Shown here in pieces: positions 27,041-35,446 of a stretch of DNA of 40,945 bases. Source of the DNA: Desulfobacteraceae bacterium. GTDB taxonomy: Bacteria > Desulfobacterota > DSM-4660 > Desulfatiglandales > HGW-15. Under the pieces are notes generated by a model. That model ran no database searches. It was not told the DNA's origin and worked only from the letters and a program-made list of their open reading frames with translations. The position numbers and the translations under genes were made by a program. How positions within the stretch are numbered: the stretch's first letter is position 1; every line of letters starts with the position of its first letter. The stretch spans positions 1 through 40,945 of the forward strand of contig JASFQI010000003.1 in assembly GCA_050115555.1 (NCBI GenBank). Reading direction: 5' to 3'.

Positions 27041-29461
27041 TCATTGCTCACGGGACGGCTCGGTTTCGCCCTGGAAATCGCCCGTACGGCCGACGGTCTG
27101 AGATGCCGGCGGAAAATAGAGGGTAAATGTTGTCCCGCCGGATGCGTAGCAGTCTTCCTCCCGCTCACACCAAGGGCAACGGCGAATCTCTCCGGGACAA
27201 ATATCCTCGTCCAGTGGAATGAATCGGCAGCGGGTGGACTGCATCTCGATCTGAAAATCATACTGCTCCGAGAAGATCTTCATCCGCAGCAGATCGGCGC
27301 CTTTGCCTCCGGCATTGAAGTCAAAAGGCCGTTTGGACGAGTAGTTCATGGTATCCTGCGTGGCGAAGAACCCCTCGAAGATGCGACGCTGATTCTCCTC
27401 GGTAATTCCGACACCGAAGTCTCTGACTACGAGTTCACTGCCTTCACCCTTCCCGCGCACAGCGATCTCGATCCTTCCCTGATCCGGGGTGTTCTCCACC
27501 GCGTTTTTCACCAGCCCGTCCACCACTTTTTCCAGCACTTCCTTTGGAAGGTACAGGGGCGGCACCTTTTCCAGCCTGGGGTTCACACCCACGGCTCTGT
27601 GATCAAAACGGGGCGAAAGACGGTTGAGCCGCTCTTTAACAAACCGGTCCAGCCGAATCTCCTCCGGTCGTGTCTCCTTGGGGTGATAGGTCTCTTCAAT
27701 GCGTTCGCGAATGCGCTCAACCATCGGGCCCTCTCCCACCTCCTCCGCCACGAGCGCTTCCAGCTCATCCTTGCACTGGTCCAGTAGGGAGGAAACCAGG
27801 GTGTATGCCCTGTATTCCGTTCCCTTCATGATGTCCTCTACCTGGTACTGGATTTCCAGGAGCCGCTGAAGGTTCCTTTGGGCGCGTTCGATGGTGGGCT
27901 GCCACTGTTCCCTGGGAATGTCCGTAAGACGTTTGGTCAAAATACTCAAAGATGCGGAAAGAACCGATATGGGAGTCTTCAGCTCATGAGACAAGTGGTT
28001 GATCACGCGATCCTTGGCCCGGTTCAACCCGGTGACCTCCCGGTAGGCCTTTTTGATCTCCTCGGAGAAACGGGCATTCTCAATGGACAGCGCAACCGTG
28101 CCTGCAATCATGTTCAGGAGCTCCACATCCGTCTGATCGAAATCATTCTCCTTGTTGACCGCACAAAGGACCCCGATGATTCGATCGCCGCTTCTCAAGG
28201 GAACATCGAGCATGTTGCGGGTGGGGTACCCCATCTGATCGTCTATGACGGAGTAGAAATGGGGGTCCTGGGAAGTGTCGGGAACAATGATCGGCTCGCC
28301 CGTTCTGATGACGTGTCCGGATACACCCTTATCTGCTGGGTACCGGATCTTTTTAGCACGCCTTTCAGCCGAGGAATCCTCGTGGGCAACTCCCAAAAAA
28401 AACAACTCTTGCCTCTCTTCGTCCAGAAGAATGACCAGGGCCCCCTGAACGTCGAGGAGATGCTTGACCTCTGCGCTGATGAAGTCGAGGAGTTCCTCCA
28501 GGTCGGGATAGGCCGGCAGGGCCATGCTGATGCGCAGAAGGGCCTCGGTGTTTCGAGCCATGCGTTTTTCCCGGGTGACATCGCGAAGAAAGACGAGCTC
28601 CCCTTGGGGCTCTCCGTCGTCCTCCGTAACCATCGCAACCCGCATGATCGTATCAAGCACCCTGCCGTCCTTGGTCAGCCGCTTGCTCTCGTGACGCGAG
28701 ATGATCTTCTCTTTCAGGAGACGGCGAATGTTTTGCCGCGTCTCCTCCTGAAGGCCCGGAGGCACATAGGGAATTCGTTTGCCCTGCAGTTCCCCCAGGG
28801 TCCACCCGAAAACCTCTGTAAACGCCGGATTGAGATAACTGACTTTGCCCTCTGCGGTGAAGACGACCATCGGATAGGGGACGAAATCCAGCAGCCTCCG
28901 ATATCGCTGGGCCGATATTCTGCTCTCCTCGTACTGGCACTGGAGCTTGTACTCGGACTCCTGGAGGGCCTGCCTGGAACGGACCCGCTCCGTTACATCC
29001 CGCGCAATACCGCGAAATCCGACTTTTTCTCCGCTCCTGTTTGTGATCAGGCTGGCGGAGAGTTCGATGATTCGGGTGTTCCCGTCCCGGTCAATGATCT
29101 TCCAGACGAGATCGGATACGGGTTGGCCGGAACGAAAAATACGGTTGAAAACCTCGACGGCCTGCTGGGCATGCTCCTCATCCATGAAATGGCTGAAATT
29201 CCGCCATTGGATCTCCTCTCTTGCATACCCGAATGCACGACATAATGCGCTGTTGAAGTAGATGAAGTTCCCGTGAATATCCACTTCGTAGACGCCGTCA
29301 TTGATGCCTTCGATAAATGCACGGTACCGCTCGTCCGCAAGCCGCTCCGGGCCGGATTCGGGCTTTTCCGGGACCTGCTCGGGTTGGGCGCCTGACCCCT
29401 CACGAATCCCGGGAGTTTCCTTGTGCCGTTTCGGTCTTTCGTTTTCGTCCGCTTCCTTCAT
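27041..29461 (-). CDS. Cytoplasmic PAS-PAS-GAF sensor histidine kinase
   Basis: Two PAS/PAC domains (RDVTER, RDVTRE), GAF (IIGVLCAVNK..FDQTD), H box SHELKTP, N box KNAVE, G1 DFGVGI. No TM helix seen. Start refined to 29461. Confidence 0.92.
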   Translation of the reverse strand: MKEADENERPKRHKETPGIREGSGAQPEQVPEKPESGPERLADERYRAFIEGINDGVYEVDIHGNFIYFNSALCRAFGYAREEIQWRNFSHFMDEEHAQQAVEVFNRIFRSGQPVSDLVWKIIDRDGNTRIIELSASLITNRSGEKVGFRGIARDVTERVRSRQALQESEYKLQCQYEESRISAQRYRRLLDFVPYPMVVFTAEGKVSYLNPAFTEVFGWTLGELQGKRIPYVPPGLQEETRQNIRRLLKEKIISRHESKRLTKDGRVLDTIMRVAMVTEDDGEPQGELVFLRDVTREKRMARNTEALLRISMALPAYPDLEELLDFISAEVKHLLDVQGALVILLDEERQELFFLGVAHEDSSAERRAKKIRYPADKGVSGHVIRTGEPIIVPDTSQDPHFYSVIDDQMGYPTRNMLDVPLRSGDRIIGVLCAVNKENDFDQTDVELLNMIAGTVALSIENARFSEEIKKAYREVTGLNRAKDRVINHLSHELKTPISVLSASLSILTKRLTDIPREQWQPTIERAQRNLQRLLEIQYQVEDIMKGTEYRAYTLVSSLLDQCKDELEALVAEEVGEGPMVERIRERIEETYHPKETRPEEIRLDRFVKERLNRLSPRFDHRAVGVNPRLEKVPPLYLPKEVLEKVVDGLVKNAVENTPDQGRIEIAVRGKGEGSELVVRDFGVGITEENQRRIFEGFFATQDTMNYSSKRPFDFNAGGKGADLLRMKIFSEQYDFQIEMQSTRCRFIPLDEDICPGEIRRCPWCEREEDCYASGGTTFTLYFPPASQTVGRTGDFQGETEPSREQ

Positions 29462-29814
29462 GAATTCTTCCGTATTGCACGATCCGCGTTCCCTGCACTT
29501 CAACAGGGAATCGCTTGGAATGATCGAAAAAATGAATGAATTTTATTTATACCAAATCAGCATAAGTTGTCATTACAATTCTATTGTTATCCTCTTCTCT
29601 CCTGTGCTATGTTCTCGGAACTGGTGAGTCTTTTTCTCCGTCCCGACTGGGCATCCCCGGGTTCGTCGTTTCCACCAGCCCGGCTCGGGAGGCGGGAAAG
29701 CCGTTTCATTCAATCCTGGTATATTGCATACACGTTCCCGCCAGGGCGGAATGACGGATGCGGGAACGAGGACGTTTTCTCTCTGAAGCCCCTGACTGTA
29801 CTCGAGGTCTGGTC

Positions 29815-30456
29815 ATGGACAAAACACTGAAAATTCCCAAGGCGACAATCAAGAGGCTGTCGCTTTACTATCGTCAACTCGAACTCCTGGAGTTCGACGG
29901 GTACCGCATGGTCAGCTCGGAAAAAATGGCCTGGCTGTGCCAGGTGAACCCCGCTCAGGTCCGCAAGGACCTGGGATACTTCGGTGAATTCGGAGTCCGA
30001 GGCGTGGGTTATGACGTGCGCGAGCTCATGCACGAGATCAAAAAGATCCTCGCCGTCAACAGGACATGGAACCTGGGAATCGTAGGGCTCGGGCATCTGG
30101 GCACTGCACTCTTTCATCATCAGAATTTCCCCGCCCGCGGCTTCCAGTTCGTGGCTGCGTTTGACTCCGATCCAGAGAAAATCGGTCATCACATCGGGCC
30201 GGATCTCGTGATTCAGGACAGCAGGGATATTCCCGAGGTTTCTCGAAAGAGGGGAATCCAAATCGGCGTGATTGCAACCCCTGCCGCCGAGGCCCAGACT
30301 GTGGCCGAAGACTTGGCAAGGGGGGATATTCATGCGATTCTGAACTTCTCCCGCACACAAATTCAGGCGCCTGAGGACTGTATGGTGGAAGACATTGATC
30401 TGACCATCCGCTTGGACATCCTGACGTACCGCCTGAAACAGGAACTCGAGGCATAG
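29815..30456 (+). CDS. rex: Redox-sensing transcriptional repressor Rex
   Basis: IPKATIKRLSLYYR, QVRKDLGYFGEFGVRGVGY, GLGHLG, FDSDPEKIG, ILNF. Start refined to ATG 29815. Confidence 0.95.
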   Translation: MDKTLKIPKATIKRLSLYYRQLELLEFDGYRMVSSEKMAWLCQVNPAQVRKDLGYFGEFGVRGVGYDVRELMHEIKKILAVNRTWNLGIVGLGHLGTALFHHQNFPARGFQFVAAFDSDPEKIGHHIGPDLVIQDSRDIPEVSRKRGIQIGVIATPAAEAQTVAEDLARGDIHAILNFSRTQIQAPEDCMVEDIDLTIRLDILTYRLKQELEA

Positions 30457-30502
30457 GACAGGGTCGCAGGGACCTCACCGAACTGCCGGAGAAGGGCCGG
30501 AT

Positions 30503-31204
30503 ATGGAGCATAAGCTTATCGTATTGCTGTTTTGCATGTGCATGGCGGCCGTGCCCTACCCGTGCCTGGGCCAGACCGTTCAAGGGCCGAAAATCCTGAT
30601 TGAAGAGCCGGAGTTTGATTTCCATAAAGCGGATGAGGGCCAGGTCGTCTCACACGATTTCGTCGTGAGGAACCTGGGCAACCAACCCCTGGAAATCACA
30701 AGAGTGGCACCCGGTTGAGGCTGTGCGGTTCCGGAATTCGACCGGATCATCCCCCCCGGCGGGGAAGGGATCATCACACTGAAAGTCAATACCCGCGGGC
30801 ACCCCGGGATCCTTCGAAAAAGCGCCAGGGTTTATTCAAATGATCCGGTGAAACGTATCCGCAAGATAACGGTGACGGGGCGGGTTCACACTCCCATCGT
30901 GCTTTCTACGCCTTCTCTCTACTTTGTGGGCCTTTCCAACTCAAACGTCCAAAAAGCCGTAACAATTCATGCCAAAGAGGAAAAGCCGCTCCGCATTGAA
31001 GTCCTTTCATTTAATCTGGCGGACAAGCTGAGGTATCGAGTAGAGGAAGTGATTTCCGAGAAAGAGTTCCGTATAACCTTTCATACCATTCCAGATGTAT
31101 CAGGCACCTATTTAGGTGCTATGAAAATAAAAACAAATTACCCGAAAAAGCCTATACTGACCATCCATATACGAGGACGAATAAAGCAGGCCCCCGCTCC
31201 ATGA
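30503..31204 (+). CDS. Exported DUF1573-like Ig-fold protein, probable selenoprotein (Sec at TGA 30716-30718), 233 aa
   Basis: ORFs 30503-30718 and 30848-31204 share a frame with only one TGA between them. Read-through gives FDF...HDFVVRNLGNQPLEITRVAPG-U-GCAVPEFDRIIPPGGEG...VYSNDP, a continuous DUF1573-like domain in which U replaces the first C of the CGC motif. N-terminal signal peptide. Confidence 0.8.
30730..30746 (+). promoter_or_regulatory. Candidate bacterial SECIS hairpin
   Basis: The stem-loop TCCGG-AATTCGA-CCGGA begins 11 nt after the in-frame TGA. Confidence 0.55.
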
Positions 31205-31361
31205 GAGCAACCCGCCGTTGCAGGGATAACCAAATCCTATGGGATCAGGCAAGGCCTGTTGGCTTGCCGGGGACGGATCCTGTAAGAGGATGAAAAACGA
31301 GCCGTTAAGCGGTCGGGCGAGGATGGACCGCGACAGCAATGGAAACACGATGGAAACCGGA

Positions 31362-31811
31362 ATGGAACGAGATTCAAGGAATTGGGTGGAAATTTTCACT
31401 GACGGGGCCTGTAGCGGAAACCCCGGTCCGGGCGGATACGGGGCTATCCTGAAGAGGGGAAAGCATACCCGGGAGCTTTCAGGGTGTGCGGTTCAGACCA
31501 CGAACAACCGCATGGAACTCCTCGCCGTCATCGAGGCACTCCGTCTTCTCGAGTCGCCGTGCCGTGTCCGGATCACGACGGATTCCAATTACGTCGTGAA
31601 GGGAATGACGGAATGGATTTCCGGTTGGATACGCAGAAACTGGGTGAATGCCCAAAAAAAACCGGTTCTCAACCAGGATCTCTGGCAAACCCTTCTCCGT
31701 CTCAGCAAGCCGCACGACATTGAATGGCAGTGGGTTCGCGGTCACCACGGGCACCCGGAAAACGAGCGCTGTGACCAACTCGCCCGCGAGGCGATTCCGC
31801 GTTGTCTCTGA
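31362..31811 (+). CDS. rnhA: Ribonuclease HI
   Basis: [52 protein letters not shown]. Start is 31350 or 31362. Confidence 0.96.
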   Translation: MERDSRNWVEIFTDGACSGNPGPGGYGAILKRGKHTRELSGCAVQTTNNRMELLAVIEALRLLESPCRVRITTDSNYVVKGMTEWISGWIRRNWVNAQKKPVLNQDLWQTLLRLSKPHDIEWQWVRGHHGHPENERCDQLAREAIPRCL

Positions 31812-31848
31812 GGTCCGAATCGAATCCCGAGAACCTCTACCAAGAGAG

Positions 31849-31974
31849 TCACCCTTTGCAAAACCAATAACGGACAGCGTTCTTTTTTTTCTGGCACATC
31901 CAACAAGGTGTCCGGGAATAAAGGCAAGTATCCGAATAACGGTGGGACGATTGAAGACGATTGTCCTTTTCCAT
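31849..31974 (-). CDS. Putative 41-aa Cys-rich micro-protein (45 aa, ending at 31837, if TGA is read as Sec)
   Basis: GGGAGG RBS 8 nt before ATG 31974. Sequence MEKDNRLQSSHRYSDTCLYSRTPCWMCQKKKNAVRYWFCKG*. Confidence 0.35.
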   Translation of the reverse strand: MEKDNRLQSSHRYSDTCLYSRTPCWMCQKKKNAVRYWFCKG

Positions 31975-32211
31975 CACGAAGTCCTCCCATTCCATCCACG
32001 TCCTGCAGGAACAGAAACGAGGAAGGGCCCCTTCCACATCCATCTCCTCCTGCGCGAACCGGTCAAAAAATAACCATTGATCGAATACAAACTCTTGACG
32101 TATAGGAAATAATGTGTTATCAATTATAAAAAATTGTTACCAATTGTCGTAATACATGAGTACTCTTTCCATGATCCTCGAATTCGGATCTTTTCAATTT
32201 AGGAGTCAAAA

Positions 32212-33342
32212 ATGAAATGTCCCAAGTGTGGCTATGTCAGTTTTGACTACAATTCGACCTGCCCCAAATGCAACAAAGACATTACCGAAGAGCGGGATAA
32301 GCTGAACCTGCCGACGTATAAACCTTCCGTCCCGTTTCTGCTCGCGGCCTTGACCGGCGAGGCCGAGGAGTCGCCTCTGGATGTCAATATTGCATCTGCA
32401 AGCGGTCCGGCGATGGGCGTCGCGGCAGAGGCGTTGAGCTTCCAGGAAGAAGAAGAGGTCGCCGTCCTCGAAGAAGTAGAAGTGGATTCCGATGAAGAAG
32501 ACCTCGAGATCAGCTTTGAGGACGAGTGGTCGCCTGAAGGCGTGGAAGAGGAGCCGGTCGTTGCTGAAGACTTTGCCGAGCTGGGATCCGAGGAGGCCGT
32601 AAAGGAGGAAAGCATCTCTGATGATTTCTCCGAACTGGATCTTGAACTGGAAGGACCGGAAGAGACGGCAGAGCCGGTTGCCGAAGAGGAGGAATCGGTG
32701 ATCTCCTCGTTCGAGGAGGAGGAAACCGGAGAAAGCGAAGAAATCTCCTTCGACTTGGAGGATCTCGCATCCGAGGAACCCGCTCCCGAGGCGGTTGCGA
32801 CCGAGGTACCCCCCACCGCAGAAGACGACCTCTCGATCGACCTCGAGGCCCTGAGCCTGGACGAGGATGAATTCGAGGAAACCATCGACGCCGAGGACTC
32901 ATCCCCCACAGAGGAAGAGCCGGAGCCGGAGATCGATCTGGATTCCGTCGCATTGGACGAGGAGGAGGTATCCCCTCCAGAAGCGAAGGAAGAAGAGGTG
33001 GTCCTGAACCTGGATGACCTCAAGATCAATGAAACCGGCGAATTGGAAGTCGGTTCCCCGACTCCGGAGCCTTCTCCAGAGGACGCTGAGCTCGAGGAAA
33101 GCGATGATGAAACCCTTGACCTGGATGGGATCTCCCTCGACGAACCTGAGCCAGAGGATGAAGCGGCTCCCGAAATGGTACCGGTATCCGAAGGAGAGGA
33201 ACTGACGATCAACCTGGACGACTTGTCTCTTGACGACGAGATCACCGAGCTTGAGTCGGGCGGCGACGAAGAACTCCCGTTGGACCTGGATGATCTGGAC
33301 CTGGATCTGGATTTGGAAGAGGAGCCCGAGAAGACGTCCTGA
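32212..33342 (+). CDS. Zinc-ribbon protein with a very long Asp/Glu-rich disordered region
   Basis: AGGAG RBS. MKCPKCGYVSFDYNSTCPKC is followed by about 300 acidic residues with recurring (I/L)DL(D/E)xL motifs. Confidence 0.88.
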   Translation: MKCPKCGYVSFDYNSTCPKCNKDITEERDKLNLPTYKPSVPFLLAALTGEAEESPLDVNIASASGPAMGVAAEALSFQEEEEVAVLEEVEVDSDEEDLEISFEDEWSPEGVEEEPVVAEDFAELGSEEAVKEESISDDFSELDLELEGPEETAEPVAEEEESVISSFEEEETGESEEISFDLEDLASEEPAPEAVATEVPPTAEDDLSIDLEALSLDEDEFEETIDAEDSSPTEEEPEPEIDLDSVALDEEEVSPPEAKEEEVVLNLDDLKINETGELEVGSPTPEPSPEDAELEESDDETLDLDGISLDEPEPEDEAAPEMVPVSEGEELTINLDDLSLDDEITELESGGDEELPLDLDDLDLDLDLEEEPEKTS

Positions 33343-33356
33343 GCGGGATTTTCATC

Positions 33357-33385
33357 TTGACCTCCCCGGACCGGCAAGCTATAGT
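33357..33385 (+). promoter_or_regulatory. Sigma70 promoter of tRNA-Phe
   Basis: TTGACC-N17-TATAGT followed by a GC-rich discriminator. Confidence 0.75.
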
Positions 33386-33398
33386 GGCCGCGATTGCT

Positions 33399-33474
33399 GC
33401 CGAGATAGCTCAGTCGGTAGAGCAGGGGACTGAAAATCCCCGTGTCCCCAGTTCAATTCTGGGTCTCGGCACCA
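33399..33474 (+). tRNA. tRNA-Phe (GAA)
   Basis: 76-nt cloverleaf: acceptor stem GCCGAGA/TCTCGGC, D arm GCTCAGTCGGTAGAGC, anticodon arm GGGGA-CTGAAAA-TCCCC, T loop TTCAATT, encoded CCA. Confidence 0.98.
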
Positions 33475-33485
33475 TAGATACTATG

Positions 33486-33527
33486 AAAAGGAAGGCACGA
33501 GCATCATGGCGGGCCTTCCTTTTTTTT
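33486..33527 (+). terminator. Intrinsic terminator after tRNA-Phe
   Basis: AAAAGGAAGGC...GCCTTCCTTTTTTTT hairpin with a U tract. Confidence 0.8.
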
Positions 33528-33604
33528 CGGCCAGAAACCGTGAAAGTCGGAGCTGTGAAACGTGTCACTTGGTCCTGCAGAAGGCGAAGGGAGACGCATA
33601 ACCC

Positions 33605-34732
33605 ATGACCCTGACCATTCGAGAGGTATGCACTCCAAGAGACCTGAAGGCTTTTGTGAAGCTTCCCCACCAGATTCTCCACGCTTATCCGCAATGGGTT
33701 CCCTCACTTCTTCGCGATGAGTTCATCACCTTCAACCCTGCTCGAAACCCGTTTCACGAGAACGCTGAAACTCGTCTTTTTCTCGCCTTTCGCGACCGGC
33801 GTCCGGTGGGGCGAATCGCCGCCATCCTCAGCCACGCGGCCAATCGGAAGTACGGGACGCAAAACATGCGCTTCGGCTGGTTCGACACCCTGGAGGATTA
33901 CGACGCCGCCGAAGGACTCTTCAACGCCGTGTCGAATTGGGCCCGATCCATGGGAATGAAGAGCCTTACCGGGCCGCATGGCTTCTCGAATCTGGATCCT
34001 CAGGGCATGCTCATCGAGGGATTCGAGCACCTGGGAACCATCCACGCCCCCTACAACCCGCCCTATTACGCGGAATACGCAGAGCGCTATGGATTCGCAA
34101 AGGAGATCGACTACGTGGAGATGCGCTCCAGACCGCCTAAAAGCGGCCTGGACTCCCGATATCTGAAGATTCGGCAACGGCTGGAAAATTCAACCCGTGT
34201 GCGCCTTCTTCGACTGGAAAGCCGCGAGCAGACACGACGGCTGAGCAAGGGAATCTTCAGCCTCCTGGGGCAGACATACGAGTCCATCTATGGCGTGGTT
34301 CCCCTGTCGGACAGTCAAGTGGAATACGTAACCCGTAAGTTCCTGTCCATCATCGACCTGAAACTGGTGAACGTTGCCGTGGACAGAGAAGATCGCGTGA
34401 TCGGAGTGCTCATTACCATGCCAAGCCTGAGCCGGGCGTTTCAGAAGTCGGGAGGACGTCTCTTTCCGTGGGGATGGGTTCACATCATGTGCGGGATGAA
34501 AACCTCCCCTGTGCTGGATTTCCTTCTCATCGGCGTCAAGGACTCGTATCAGAAGTCAGGGCTCCCGATCCTTCTTCTCATCGACCTGGCCGAGCGCGCA
34601 CTGGCGTTGGGATATCAATCCAGTGAATCCGCCCCCATGCTGGAAAGCAACCTCATGGTCCAGTCCCTCCACAAGTACTTTGATACGGAAATCCACAAGC
34701 GAAGGCGGGTGTTTCGCCTGGATCCTCTGTGA
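33605..34732 (+). CDS. GNAT-family N-acyltransferase (YghO-like)
   Basis: FVKLP..I....WVPSL, NPF, VGRIAA, FGWFD, GP.GFSN, YNPPYY, G.LFPWGW, LESN. Confidence 0.8.
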   Translation: MTLTIREVCTPRDLKAFVKLPHQILHAYPQWVPSLLRDEFITFNPARNPFHENAETRLFLAFRDRRPVGRIAAILSHAANRKYGTQNMRFGWFDTLEDYDAAEGLFNAVSNWARSMGMKSLTGPHGFSNLDPQGMLIEGFEHLGTIHAPYNPPYYAEYAERYGFAKEIDYVEMRSRPPKSGLDSRYLKIRQRLENSTRVRLLRLESREQTRRLSKGIFSLLGQTYESIYGVVPLSDSQVEYVTRKFLSIIDLKLVNVAVDREDRVIGVLITMPSLSRAFQKSGGRLFPWGWVHIMCGMKTSPVLDFLLIGVKDSYQKSGLPILLLIDLAERALALGYQSSESAPMLESNLMVQSLHKYFDTEIHKRRRVFRLDPL

Positions 34733-34768
34733 AGGGCCTGCGATGAGGTATGAAGATCCGCCCGCGCT

Positions 34769-34822
34769 TTTGAATCCCCCCGCAGCAAGCTTGAGGAACG
34801 CGCGAGCGAAGCATTTTCGAAC
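34769..34822 (+). repeat. Dispersed intergenic repeat copy
   Basis: TTTGAATCCCCCCGCAGCAAGCTTGAGGAACGCGCGAGCGAAGCATTTTCG, between convergent genes. Confidence 0.85.
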
Positions 34823-34890
34823 TCTACCGGACCAACGGCAGGCTCCAGGAGGGAAGAATTATTCCCGCCGTGTCTCCACAAGGCGGGACA

Positions 34891-35313
34891 TCATCGAATC
34901 ACCAGGACCGGACAGGGTGAGGACTCCAGGACTCGGTGTGTCACGCTCCCAAGAAGGAGGCCTTCCAAATCGGTTCTACCACGAGAGCCCATCACCACCA
35001 GGTCGCATCCCTCGATTCGGGCGATTTCCACGATCGCCGCACCCGCCGGGCGTTCCAGGATCCTTTCGGAAAAGGAAACGCCGGTGTCCCTCAGGATCTG
35101 CCGGTAAGGCTCGAGAAGCTCGTTGGCGTCCTCGATGATCTCAGTAACGGCCTTCTGATAGTATGGTTCCCCCAGTACTGAAGGGAACCTTCGGTGGCAG
35201 TGTACCAGGAGGATGTCGGCACTCATGGCCTTGGCAAGATCCGCTGCATAGGCTGCGGCCCGCCGTGATGGTTCGGAACCGTCCACGGGGACCAAAATGG
35301 TTTGGAGTTTCAT
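34891..35313 (-). CDS. Universal stress protein (UspA family)
   Basis: ILVPVDGS, DLVVMGSRG, LLGSVT..VL...PCPVLVIR. Confidence 0.95.
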   Translation of the reverse strand: MKLQTILVPVDGSEPSRRAAAYAADLAKAMSADILLVHCHRRFPSVLGEPYYQKAVTEIIEDANELLEPYRQILRDTGVSFSERILERPAGAAIVEIARIEGCDLVVMGSRGRTDLEGLLLGSVTHRVLESSPCPVLVIR

Positions 35314-35446
35314 AGCTCCCTCCCCCCTTGCATTTCAAAGGATCCCCGGCACGGCATGCCGACGCTGACCGGTTTCCGCGCGTTCCGAATCGGAGGTCCG
35401 TCCTTAGCCAAGCGCCATCAATCACCCGGCAAACCAGTGCACCACA

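Noticed and set aside
26978-29245. Plus-strand ORFs 26978-27787 and 27878-29245
   Set aside because: They are antisense shadows of the histidine kinase.
29460-29815. Rex operator upstream of rex
   Set aside because: I found no convincing TTGTGAA-N4-TTCACAA-like palindrome by eye.
30503-30718. Stand-alone 71-aa protein or nonsense pseudogene
   Set aside because: The stop is TGA at a conserved-Cys-equivalent position, with an intact downstream frame and a hairpin. Sec read-through is more parsimonious, though unproven.
32247-33377. 376-aa Ser-rich antisense ORF
   Set aside because: It is the shadow of the Glu/Asp-rich gene: GAA/GAG/GAC codons read as Ser-rich and stop-free on the other strand.
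33399-34900. Genomic island integrated at tRNA-Phe
   Set aside because: No integrase, no duplicated tRNA 3' end noticed, and the terminator is intact.
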